NCBI RefSeq assembly: GCF_000315625.1
Contig: NW_005434571.1
Location: forward strand, 191,121-225,997
Source: Guillardia theta CCMP2712
Lineage: Eukaryota > Protista > Cryptophyta
Direction: 5' to 3'
Length of the DNA stretch: 34,877 bases
This document shows positions 1-10,337 of this stretch, piece after piece. The position numbers and the translations under genes were made by a program. Numbering within the stretch: position 1 is the stretch's first letter; every line of letters starts with the position of its first letter. The notes beneath the pieces were generated by a model. That model was given only the letters and a program-made list of their open reading frames with translations, ran no database searches and was not told the DNA's origin.

Positions 1-19
1 AATGGTGGCCCGAGAAACA

Positions 20-67
<48 letters not shown>

Positions 68-241
68 CTCCTCCTCCTCCTCCTCCTCCTCCTCCTCCTT
101 CATCGCAAGGATTCTTTACCTGCCTTCCTCCTGCATTTCGCGTCACTAGATCCGCCTCAGAGCACAGAGCGTTCTACTAAATAACGGCTTGAATAACGGT
201 TGTATCCAGAAATAGAAAACGAGCGACCATGGCGTGAAGGC

Positions 242-3200
242 ATGAAGTACACCAGGATCGAGGTGATTGGAGGAGGAGGAGGAGGAGAAAGAGGAGAAAG
301 AGGAGAAAGAGGGAGATGAAGAAGAGGAAGAAGAAGAAGAGGAAGAAGAAGAAGAGGAAGAGGAAGAGGAAGAGGAAGAGGAAGAAGAAGGGGAAGGGGA
401 AGGGGAAGGGGAAATGGAAGCTAGGTGTGTGATGTCACGGAGAGCTGGTTGGAAGGGAGTTGGAGCGATTCAATACCTCATTGTCTTTCTGCAGGATAAA
501 ACGACTCTCGGCAGGAAGCCCGTCCTTGCCAAGGATCTTGGGTACGGGACTTTTACCATGCCCTTTCCTACTGTGTTTCCTTGTTCCTGCCATCCGCTTT
601 CTTAGCCATCCGCTTTCTTACTCCCGCCTCCTCTTCCTCTTCCTCTTCCTCTTCCTCTTCCTCCCTCGTGCTATTCTCCTTCCTGCCCTGTACTGACCAT
701 CACTGCAGACATCAGAAATGGTTTCAGAGATTCGCCTATCGGTTTGCGACTATTGCCGGTAAGAAGTCGGAAACAGTCGACTGAGAGGGAGAGACGGAAG
801 CAGAAGAAGTCAGCAGAGGGCAGGCGAGGAGTGAAGGGGGAACTAGAAGGGCACGAGCAGTAGATGTGATGAGATGGAGAGGGATGGGATAGAGTGAATT
901 GCGATTGTAACGATGAGATCAGGTGTCTTTGCACTTGCGGCTGTTGTCCTTCGTGGAGGTCTTCAGATCCAGCCTGTTCGTCGGTCCAAGATGCCCCACC
1001 TATCTTCTTCGCATCGAAACAAGCTCAAGACAGCGACTTCAAGCAAGCATGAAAAGTTGCTCCCTGCTCCTTCTCTCTTTCAGGTGTGTGAGGTGCCGAA
1101 GAGTTTGCTGAGGAGAGGGGAGTGGTCGAGCCAAGAGGAAGCGATGGCAGGAGAGGAGGAGGGAGGGGAGGAAGGAAAGGCTGGAGAGGACGGGAGTTCG
1201 TTGACAACGATGCGTTGCAGAGTTTTGAGTTTCGTGTACCCAATGGAGTGAAAGCTGGAAGTGAAATCCATGTGCTGCTACCAGGTATCCGATCGCTAAT
1301 GTTGTGATGAGGTGGGGGTATAGAGAGAAGAGCGGGGATGGTAAAGAGCGAGAGATGGGATAGAGAAGGAGCAGGAGGAGTGTAGAGAGAGAAAGGGGAG
1401 AAGTAGGAGCAGCGGCAGCGGCAGCAGCAGCGGCGGCAGCAGCAGCAGGGGAAATCAAAAAGAGGGAGGAGTTGAAATCAGAGGAGGAGGGGGAGGGAAG
1501 ATGAAGGAGACGTGAAAGAGGGAGGGGGTCGGCAAGCTGCCAGCGTATCTTGTCTTGTAACGTCAAACCGTGCAGGACTCAAGGAACTTCAGACTGTCAA
1601 GCTCCCCAGCAAGATCTCAGCTGGGGAGATGCTGAGCATTCAGGTGGGGATCGGCTAGAGGTTGAGAGACTTTAACAGAGCACTCAGATCCCCATGTCAA
1701 CCCTCGAGGAGGAGGAGAAGGGGAGAAACTCGACGAAAGAGGAGAGTAGAAGAGTGCCTGTTTCAGGAGAGGTAAATGGCATCTGCAACATCTACAATAT
1801 TGACCGCTGTCTACTTCCTCCTTCCCCTCTCCTCCCCTCTTCTCTCCTCCTGCTCTACCCTCCCCTTTCTCCTCGTCGTTTTCGCCTCGCCTCGCCACTC
1901 ATCTTCTCTTCTTTCCTTCCTTTCCTCGACTTGTTTTGGCTTTTCTCTCAAACTGAGTGCAGGATCAAGTTGTGGAAGAGGTTGAGGCCGTTGCGGATGA
2001 TGTGGAGATGACGTGGCATGTAAGGAGATCACGTGGATGATGATGATGAGGAGGAGGAGGTTGAGGAGGAGAAGGAGGAGGAGGAGGAGGAGGAGGATGT
2101 TGTTGGTTTTGGAGACTATGATAGTGCAACTTTTGTTGGTTGAAATCGCTTCATGGGACTGAATGCCTACCACAGAAATTCTTTCTGCTCATCGTAGTTA
2201 TATTTGGTAAGACCTTCATCGTGATGCCCTTGCTCTACCTCACATTCTCTCAAGTTCTGCTCCTCCTCACCCTCCTTCTCCAGTTCTTGCTCCTGCTCCT
2301 CCTCCCTCCTCCTGCTCCTCCCCAGCCATGACATGCATTCTCCGTCTCACCTGAATCGGCACAGGCGGTTCTGTTATCATCTTCCAGTCTTTCCGAGGAA
2401 TCTTTTATGGATTCGAACCTCTGGAGGTCGACGCCAAGAAAGTGAATCCTCCTCCTCTCCTGCTCCCCTCTTTACCCTCCTCCAGATCGTCGACCACCCT
2501 TGCCGACACAGCTCTCACAAGATCCGCGACATGGCAGACAAGGAGATGTCGATGGTGGGAAGAGGGAGGAGGGAGGGAAGGGGGGAAGGGAGGGAAGGGA
2601 GAGGGTGGAGGGGAACGAGGGGATGTAGAAATGGAGGAAGGGAAATCAAGTCGAGGAAAGGAAGGGTGGAGAAGCTGAATGAGGAGGCAGGAGGCGAGTT
2701 GTTGCTAGAAGTGGTTGAGGTTTGGAATGACGATGATCTGACTTGTTGAATGTCACAGCGGACTGCTCTCTACGGAGCAGAAGCTGCTTCACCTACTGAA
2801 TCTCCNNNNNNNNNNNNNNNNNNNNNNNNNNNNNNNNNNNNNNNNNNNNNNNNNNNNNNNNNNNNNNNNNNNNNNNNNNNNNNNNNNNNNNNNNNNNNNN
2901 NNNNNNNNNNNNNNNNNNNNNNNNNNNNNNNNNNNNNNNNNNNNNNNNNNNNNNNNNNNNNNNNNNNNNNNNNNNNNNNNNNNNNNNNNNNNNNNNNNNN
3001 NNNNNNNNNNNNNNNNNNNNNNNNNNNNNNNNNNNNNNNNNNNNNNNNNNNNNNNNNNNNNNNNNNNNNNNNNNNNNNNNNNNNNNNNNNNNNNNNNNNN
3101 NNNNNNNNNNNNNGTCATTGATGGTTCTCACAGGGGACACATACCTGAAAATAGAGCCTAAAGATGACAGTAGGCTCTGTGAATGGCTAGCCCTTGCCAG

Positions 3201-4619
3201 GCAGCTCCATCCACAGCTCCATCGATACAATTGGATTTGTGCCTGAGCATGGCACACTTTGACATGTATATGCACTTGATGTAATTTTCACCGTTAGCAG
3301 TGAGTTGGAACAGGTAAAGAGGTACATACGTACTATAGCAAACGATGTGAATGAGTATAATTGGGGTTGATTAGCGGGGGGTGGGGGGGGAGGGGGGGAT
3401 GCAGATGCGGAAGAAGAAGCGGAAGAGGATGCAGAAAGTGAAAGAGGGGAAGAAGAAGATTGATTTTGATGGCGATTATGACATCAACACAGAGAGCTGC
3501 GAACACCTCGGTCTACAGCGAAACCATCGCCAGGAAGGTAGAGAAGCATCGTCTCTGTCCCTCCCTCCTTCCCTCCTTCTTACTGAACTCTTGCCCTATC
3601 TCACCTTCAGGAGCTCGCGTGCCCCCTCTGTCAGGTATCTGAAATGTTCGCACAAGATTGTTCGTTGACGTGTTTTCCGCCAGTGAGCAAAAGGGCGTGA
3701 AAGCTGCAGCAGGAGATGTGATGCAGTGCTTTGGCACCTGTTGTGAATCTCTGATCATGTTTGGCTTCTTGTCTTGCAGACCAAACAATCTCGACAGATT
3801 AGGGAAGTTGGAAGGTCCAATGTTTTCATCCAGCGGAGTCTGGTATGTCTCGTCGGGTCGCGGACACGCCTTGCTGATCCTGCTTGGCAGTCTGCGGACA
3901 ACAAGAACAATGAGCAAACGGCATCTGACGAGGGTGAGTGCAGTTTGCGACAACACTTTCACTTGTCATTGGACTCTTATGATATGAATGACTGACACCT
4001 TTGGTTGACCATCAGCAGACGTTCAGATCGAGTTTGATTCCCAACGAGATGACATGCAAAAGGCTGCTGTGAGTGTTTGAGCTTTCCATTCCATCAGCCC
4101 GTGTCGAGCTGTCTTCCCCTCTTGTTTCTCACTAGCCTATCCGTCTTCCACCTCTTGCTGTTAGTTCTTCACCTTCTGATGGGAGAAGTTGCGATTTTCT
4201 CTCTGTACTTGAATCTTTCCCATCCTCTCTCCCCTTCTTGCTTATCTTTCTTGCATCTTCTTCGTCGGCTCACGTTGTTTGCAGACGGCTGATCCTCTGG
4301 CGATGTTTTCCCAAGAATCAGAACCGCTCGACTTCACTTCCAACAAAGTGAGCCCTGTTTGCTATCCATCCTGTGCTACCTCCATAACTGTCAACATCGT
4401 CATCTCCATCTTTTTTTATAACCGTCACTGCAGTCATCAAAGTCATTGTCATACTCCTACTCCTTCTTATTTTCACCATGATTATCGCCATGATTGTCAT
4501 TATCATCATCATTATCATCATCGTCATCATCATCATCATCATGGTCAACACCAACATCATCATCATCATTGTAATCCTCCTCCTCCTCCTCCTCCTCCTC
4601 CTCCTCCTCCTCCTCCTCC

Positions 4620-4654
<35 letters not shown>

Positions 4655-6110
4655 GTAATGATCACATTCGTCATAGCAAAAGTTGTCATCACGATCATCA
4701 TTACGATTATTCGAACCATTGTCTTGGTCTCCTCAACGGCTTGCCTTTTCCTCATTTTCATTGCCGCAGGTCTTCGACGAGGTCTGGATGAGGGGCAAAT
4801 GGCTTCTGATCCTCATGATCTTCCAAGTGAGATGTCAAACATGATGCAACGACTTTGCAACGGCGATGAATGTTGACGCGATGGCAGAGCTTGTCCGGTT
4901 TCATCATGCAAAACTTCGAGGACCTGATTCAGGTGGAAGACGAGGAGGAGCAGGATGGATGATGATGATGAGGAGGAGGAGCATGATGATGATGATGGAG
5001 ATTATGATCACGCGATGATATCTTCGTTGATGATTGATTAACTGATTGATTTACGATGGATTTCAGTCGCACGTCGTAATTGCTCTCTTCATGACGATGC
5101 TCATCGGCTGCGGAGGGAACGCAGGAGGACAAGTCAGCCCTTGTTTCTTTTCTTTTCTTCTCTCCTTACCACACCTTTCAGTCTGTCGCAAAAGCTGTGC
5201 ATGAGATTGCTGACCAGCACATTCCTGCTGATAAGGCCTGGCGACTTGTGATAAGTGAGTGCTTCATATCAAACCTCTCCTTCTTTTCCTTCTTGCCTCC
5301 TGCCTGTGGCCTCTTTCATCACCCCTTCTCCTCCCATCCTTCTCCTCTGAAAGTTTTCGCACCTGACTCGGCTATCAGAGAACGTCAAGTCGCAACTTCC
5401 AGTCGCCACCTGGCTCGGAGCTCTTCTCGGTCTCTTCTTATCCCTTCCCCCTCCCCCCTGGCCGCCCTCCCCCCCCTGGCCGCCCTCCCCTCCCCATCCC
5501 TTTCAGTCCCTTCCCTTTTTCCTCCTCTCCTCCGCACCTAAACCCTAAACCCTTCCCTTCTTGCTCTCCTCTACCTTGCCTCGTCTCATCTGGCTCACAG
5601 GCTGGGCCGCATGGGTTCGTGTCTGGTTCTTCCATGGAGGGTAAGACCTGCAAGGCTCCTGCTGTCCTTATGTCTGACTCCTCCTCCAGGACAAGGAACT
5701 CCGTCTCGATTGCCCTCTCCAGCACCCTCATCGTCTTTGTCTCCATCATTCTCGGTGGCATCTTACCCTACACCATGCATGCCATGGGCTTCAATGTATG
5801 TCTTCCGTCCTTCCCCTTCTTCTTCCCCCTTCTCCCTCCCCTTCTTCTTCGCCCTTCTCCCTCCCCTTCTCCTTTCCCCCGCTCCTCCTTCCACTTCTTC
5901 TTCCCCTCCTCGTCCACCTTCTTATTTTCTCAACTCCCCATCCTCTCTCCTCCCTATCCCTCCCCTTACTCTCCAGCACTCCCCATCCTTTCTTTCATCA
6001 GTGTTGACCGTCGACCGCAGGTGGTACAAGCGGGAGCTGTCATCCAGGTAGCCATGGATATCATCGGCGTTTGCATCACATGCCTAGTTTGCTATTATGT
6101 ATTTCAATAA
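242..6110 (+). CDS. mgtE: Multi-exon MgtE-family (SLC41-like) Mg2+ transporter with long N-terminal extension
   Basis: GT-AG exons 4770-4826, 4888-4932, 5067-5132, 5182-5254, 5379-~5429, 5601-5640, ~5690-5795 and 6021-6110 splice in phase to VFDEVWMRGKWLLILMIFQ-SLSGFIMQNFEDLIQ-SHVVIALFMTMLIGCGGNAGGQ-SVAKAVHE...LPVATWLGALLG...SIILGGILP...VIQVAMDIIGVCITCLVCYYVFQ*. GGNxGxQ and the final-helix D-I-x-G are MgtE membrane-domain hallmarks. Upstream exons from ATG 242 (MKYTRIE-DKTTLGRK...) also join in phase, but continuity across the N gap and 3600-3900 is unproven. Confidence 0.85.
2806..3113. other. Assembly gap (N run)
   Basis: Run of N. Confidence 1.
4480..4660. repeat. Intronic (CAT)n/(CCT)n microsatellite
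   Basis: Visible triplet arrays inside the intron between the 4285-4347 and 4770 exons. Confidence 0.9.
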
Positions 6111-6123
6111 CAACCCTCAACAC

Positions 6124-6702
6124 TCACGACATCGTCAGACGGGTCTGACCTCCGCCCCACTGCTCGTCCTTTCCCATCCTCTCCTCCTCCTGGTGAACAA
6201 ACATGCTCTCCCGCTCTTGAACCTCAACTGTCTTCTCCTCCTTGGCCAGCCCAGCCTGGGCAGGGAAGCAGATCTCAACCTGATCAGCATGAACCTCCGG
6301 AGCGAGGAATCCGGAGAAGTGTTGTTGGACTTTGAGGAGATAGATCCGCATCTGCCTCTGATTGAGATTGGACGAGCCGTCGAGCACAACCACGCAGAAG
6401 ACTTTCTCCGGCCGCTTCAACCGCATGGAGATGGTGAACGAGACAGGCTTGTTGATGTTGGTCTGTGCGAAGGTCACAGCACGAGAGAAGATCCACATGC
6501 CATGAGACTGATCGAAGAGGCTCTCAAGCGACGTGCCAACACATCGCTCAGGCGCCATGTCGAACATGCTTGAGGCCTCTCCATCCACAGAAACGATGCA
6601 GTAAGGGCGGTACGCAGTTATCCTCATGCATGCAATTTCCTGTGGCTGCAAGCTGATCTTGGTTCGGCGATAAAACAATGACAAAATCTGCGAAACATGC
6701 AT
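6124..6702 (-). CDS. PAS-like domain protein (main exon; 5' exons probably up to ~7130, unresolved)
   Basis: 192-aa non-repetitive ORF. ITAYRPYCIVSVDGEASSMFDMAPERCVGTSLESLF fits the PAS N-terminal pattern (I..VN.....F.......G..L..L). Splice-like signals lie at 6690-6900. Confidence 0.55.
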   Translation of the reverse strand: MHVSQILSLFYRRTKISLQPQEIACMRITAYRPYCIVSVDGEASSMFDMAPERCVGTSLESLFDQSHGMWIFSRAVTFAQTNINKPVSFTISMRLKRPEKVFCVVVLDGSSNLNQRQMRIYLLKVQQHFSGFLAPEVHADQVEICFPAQAGLAKEEKTVEVQERESMFVHQEEERMGKDEQWGGGQTRLTMS

Positions 6703-7634
6703 CTTGAAACAACTGGTGTGACTTGAGCAATCTATCCCGTGTACAGCCTTCCTATCATTGAAAAGAAAGCCTCTCTTACTTGGGCATCTGCAACCTAAGA
6801 AGTCAGAACATGGTAACGGAGAATATAAAAGAAGGCAGACAATGACAAGTTAATCTCAACTTGATCTTTCACATTGTGCATGCACGCTGATATTCTAATT
6901 GGGCATAACGCATTTCCAAAACTGCATACAACAGTGACATTGGAATGCCCTGCCCTGCCCTGCCCATGGGAATGCCCTGCCCTGCCCTGCACTGCCCTTA
7001 CCACTCCTGCCCTTCGAGCCTCCTCCATTCCTCCCTTGACATAGTTCGCTCCTCCTTGTTCTTTCTTCGTGCCTCCCTCCCGCTCTTCTCGTCAAAGACA
7101 ACTGGCTTCCTACATACTTGTCGCTCTGACCCATTTTTAAAACAGTATGTGATTTTTACTCTGATCGAAAATTTGGATCGAAATACTTGTCCCACATTTG
7201 GAATCTAAATGATAGGTTGAAATAAAACAGGCACCTCATCAAACTTAAAACTATTGTAGGAGATATCCTTTAAAAAAACAAAAAGGTGAAAGGGCCACCA
7301 CTCGCCGTAGGGTCGCACTTGCGACTAGCTCGCACCCACCCCAGAAAGATACTGCTTACTTGCGGTTATAAGAGGGGTACTTCCGTGGGGGTGAAGCCCT
7401 TTAGAAATATAAAAATATTTAGTGTATTGCTGGTACTATCTCAAGGCTATCTAGCACCAAACAAATATTTTAAAAATTATCCATACAAATAACGAATTTA
7501 TCATATCCCAACAGCTCCCCCCAGTTTTCATTTTGTGATACCTTCAAATTCAAATTTGTGCTCAAATTCTCCAAAAAAGGAGTACTGTGAACCTTTCACG
7601 GCTCAAGTAGACTCGCACTCTCAATAGTTCAGTA

Positions 7635-8360
7635 GTGTGACCGACCCCCGGCGACGCCCGGCGCCGGCCGGGCCGGGCCGGGCCGCTGAGTCACGGCACG
7701 GGTCAGCCGCGGCAGTGTCACTCAGGCTGAAACTTCCGGGCCGCCCGACCCTGACCGGACTGTGGCACTGAGCCCTCAGTGATCCGATCCGCTGAAAGCA
7801 AATCCACACTCCGTGATCTTTTCAAACCTTTCAACTTGCCAAGTTTCCCGCCGGGCCGGGCCCGGTTTCAACTAACGGTTGGCAACTTGACTAGCGCAAT
7901 GGCCGGGCAGGCGCCGCCGAGTCAGCCGGACTCCGGGCCCGGCCCTCGGATAGTCTCTCAGCCTCAGGCTCAGCGCCTCGCAACCGCCGCAAGTTCGGAC
8001 TCCGGCGTCCCGGCGTGGTAAGCACTGCGCACTGCGGCGGCAGATCGGACAGTCATTCACACGCCGGGTACCGTAGTACCGTACGGTCCGATCGGACCGT
8101 ACGGTGACTCGTGATGGCCGCGCCCGCGATGATCGGTCAGTGTGATCGGACTTCACTGTCAATGCGGCAGTGCGGCTGGCAACCGTTCACGGGCCCCGCG
8201 TCGGACTGGGCCGGCGGCCGGCGGTCCGGGGCCGAGAGTTTCGGCCCGCCCGCCAGCCTCGCGGTCTGCCGGAGTCACTGATTCAGAGTCGGCGGCGCCG
8301 GCCGGGCCGCGCCGGGTGTGAGGCCCAAGTTCAACAGTGATTGTCCTCGACGGTACTGAA
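7635..8360. repeat. GC-rich scrambled low-complexity block 1
   Basis: Built from recurring short, often palindromic words (CCGG, GGCC, GGGCCC, GGTACC, CGTACG, GATCGG, TCAGTG/CACTGA, GACTC/GAGTC, AACTT/AAGTT) with no fixed period. Confidence 0.8.
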
Positions 8361-8444
8361 CTTTAACTTTACTTTGAGTAAACTTCCGAGTTACTCAGGC
8401 TTATCATATACACCATAGGTAAGAGATTCTCTAAGTGGGCTATT

Positions 8445-10337
8445 ATGCTGATCGCAAGAACATCCGGTCCTGAGCCTTGTTCCCAGCTCTGCCAGGAACA
8501 TAAGGTTCCCGGGTGGGGCAAACCGAGTTGTACGACGAACATGCAAGGGGAGCACGGTACATGGCTATCGTCAGGCCTGCAGCTGGGCATCGGGTACGTG
8601 GTGCTGGCAGAGCTGCTGGGGATAGAGGAGGTCTCCCAGCCTCCTCACGGCTCCTGCCTTGCTCGCCCTGGACGCTACTGCTCCTATCAGAACTTCAACC
8701 ACGATGTCTGTGATGCTGGTTACTTCTGTGAAGGAGGAAATGCGAGGCCCACGCCCTGCCCCGAAGGTTTCTTCTGTGCTGCAGGAGCTCATTCTCCGGC
8801 CAAGTGCCCCCAGGGTCACTACTGCGAGAAGCAGGCCAAGGCCCCAGTTCGCTGCCCTCCAGGCTTCCATTGCCCAGATCCCAATGGAGGACAAGCAAAA
8901 CCAACGCCCTGCCAGGAGGGCTTCTTCTGCGAGGGCTATACGAGCAAGCAGCAGGCTTGCCCAGCAGGGTTCTACTGCGAGAAGCAGGCCAAGGCTCCGG
9001 TCAGATGCCCTCCAGGCTTCCATTGCCCAGCTCAGTCAAGCAAGCCCACGCCCTGCCCCGAAGGTTTCTTCTGTGCTGCAGGAGCTCATTCTCCGGCCAA
9101 GTGCCCCCAGGGTCACTACTGCGAGAAGCAGGCCAAGGCCCCGGTCAGATGCCCTCCAGGCTTCCATTGCCCAGCTCAGTCAAGCAAGCCCACGCCCTGC
9201 CAGGAGGGCTTCTTCTGCGAGGGCTATACGAGCAAGCAGCAGGCTTGCCCAGCAGGGTTCTACTGCGAGAAGCAGGCCAAGGCTCCGGTCAGATGCCCTC
9301 CAGGCTTCCACTGCCCAGCTCAGTCAAGCAAGCCCACGCCCTGCCCCGAAGGTTTCTTCTGTGCTGCAGGAGCTCATTCTCCGGCCAAGTGCCCCCAGGG
9401 TCACTACTGCGAGAAGCAGGCCAAGGCCCCGGTCAGATGCCCTCCAGGCTTCCATTGCCCAGCTCAGTCAAGCAAGCCCACGCCCTGCCAGGAGGGCTTC
9501 TTCTGCGAGGGCTATACGAGCAAGCAGCAGGCTTGCCCAGCAGGGTTCTACTGCGAGAAGCAGGCCAAGGCTCCGGTCAGATGCCCCAAGGGCTTCTTTT
9601 GTGCTCGAGGAGCCTCCAAGCCTGAGCCTTGTCCAGTCCCACAACTTTGCTTGGGCGGAGCTTCGACCCCCAATGGTGTCATGAAGGATAACACGGGCAC
9701 CTTCCTCCTGGTGCTCCTCCTACTAGTCGCCTTTGCCTTTGCCCTCCGACGGAAGCTCGGCAGCATGACTACCACCTGCAGCATTTGCTTCGACTCCAAG
9801 CCTGTCTTGCTGTGCGTCCCGTGCCGTCAGTCTCACCATGTCTGCGCCGAGTGCCTGGAGGCGCTAGTGCTGGCGAATGCTGGAGAGGCTGAGCAGCAGC
9901 TGCACAACCGACAAATACCCGAGCACTGGATGAAATGCGTCGTGCCAGAGTGCCGGCAGCCCTACAGTGACATGTGGATGTTGTTGCTGCTTACTTCACA
10001 GACTCATCGACGGCATCTGAGTATCAAAGAGAAGATACGGGAGGGTCGTCGGGAGCAGCAGCGACAGGAAACGCTCCTTGTCCAGCACAACATGGATGCG
10101 AATGATGTTGCTGCTATACGGTTTCTTCAGCGGGAGTACAGCAGGCTACTGCAATGCCCTCGATGCGGGACTGGGCCAGTTGTCGTTCATGGTTGTTCAG
10201 ACCTTGCGATGCATCAAGGCGAGGCGAGTGGTTCTGGTCGGATCAACAACTCGTGTCGCCACTGTGGCTTTTTTGCAAAGGAGATGGGGGAATGGCCTAC
10301 ATGGATTCCTCCGCAGTCTCTCAACGCAGCTCGTTGA
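8445..10337 (+). CDS. Uninterrupted ORF: Cys-rich repeat ectodomain + TM + RING finger + second Cys/His module; putative membrane E3 ubiquitin ligase
   Basis: 630-aa ORF. It has 20 CPxGxYC-type 16-aa repeats, a TM (TFLLVLLLLVAFAFAL followed by RRK), a RING (CSIC...CRQSHHVCAEC...CVVPEC) and QCPRCGTGP...GCSDLAMH...CRHCGFF...WPTW. True start uncertain (ATG 8445 or 8540). Confidence 0.85.
   Translation: MLIARTSGPEPCSQLCQEHKVPGWGKPSCTTNMQGEHGTWLSSGLQLGIGYVVLAELLGIEEVSQPPHGSCLARPGRYCSYQNFNHDVCDAGYFCEGGNARPTPCPEGFFCAAGAHSPAKCPQGHYCEKQAKAPVRCPPGFHCPDPNGGQAKPTPCQEGFFCEGYTSKQQACPAGFYCEKQAKAPVRCPPGFHCPAQSSKPTPCPEGFFCAAGAHSPAKCPQGHYCEKQAKAPVRCPPGFHCPAQSSKPTPCQEGFFCEGYTSKQQACPAGFYCEKQAKAPVRCPPGFHCPAQSSKPTPCPEGFFCAAGAHSPAKCPQGHYCEKQAKAPVRCPPGFHCPAQSSKPTPCQEGFFCEGYTSKQQACPAGFYCEKQAKAPVRCPKGFFCARGASKPEPCPVPQLCLGGASTPNGVMKDNTGTFLLVLLLLVAFAFALRRKLGSMTTTCSICFDSKPVLLCVPCRQSHHVCAECLEALVLANAGEAEQQLHNRQIPEHWMKCVVPECRQPYSDMWMLLLLTSQTHRRHLSIKEKIREGRREQQRQETLLVQHNMDANDVAAIRFLQREYSRLLQCPRCGTGPVVVHGCSDLAMHQGEASGSGRINNSCRHCGFFAKEMGEWPTWIPPQSLNAAR
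8709..9670 (+). repeat. Coding tandem repeat, 48-nt units in a 288-nt higher-order unit x3
   Basis: ACGCCCTGCCCCGAAGG recurs at 8751, 9048 and 9336 (spacing 297 and 288). Copies are nearly identical at DNA level. Confidence 0.95.

Noticed and set aside
4279-4876. His/Pro-rich and poly-Ile/Met ORFs
   Set aside because: Intronic (CAT)n/(CCT)n inside the MgtE gene
8709-9670. CRISPR-like or non-coding repeat array; overlapping ORFs 8659-9684 and 8804-9625
   Set aside because: No unique spacers; the repeats are in-frame coding units and the alternate ORFs are shadows of them
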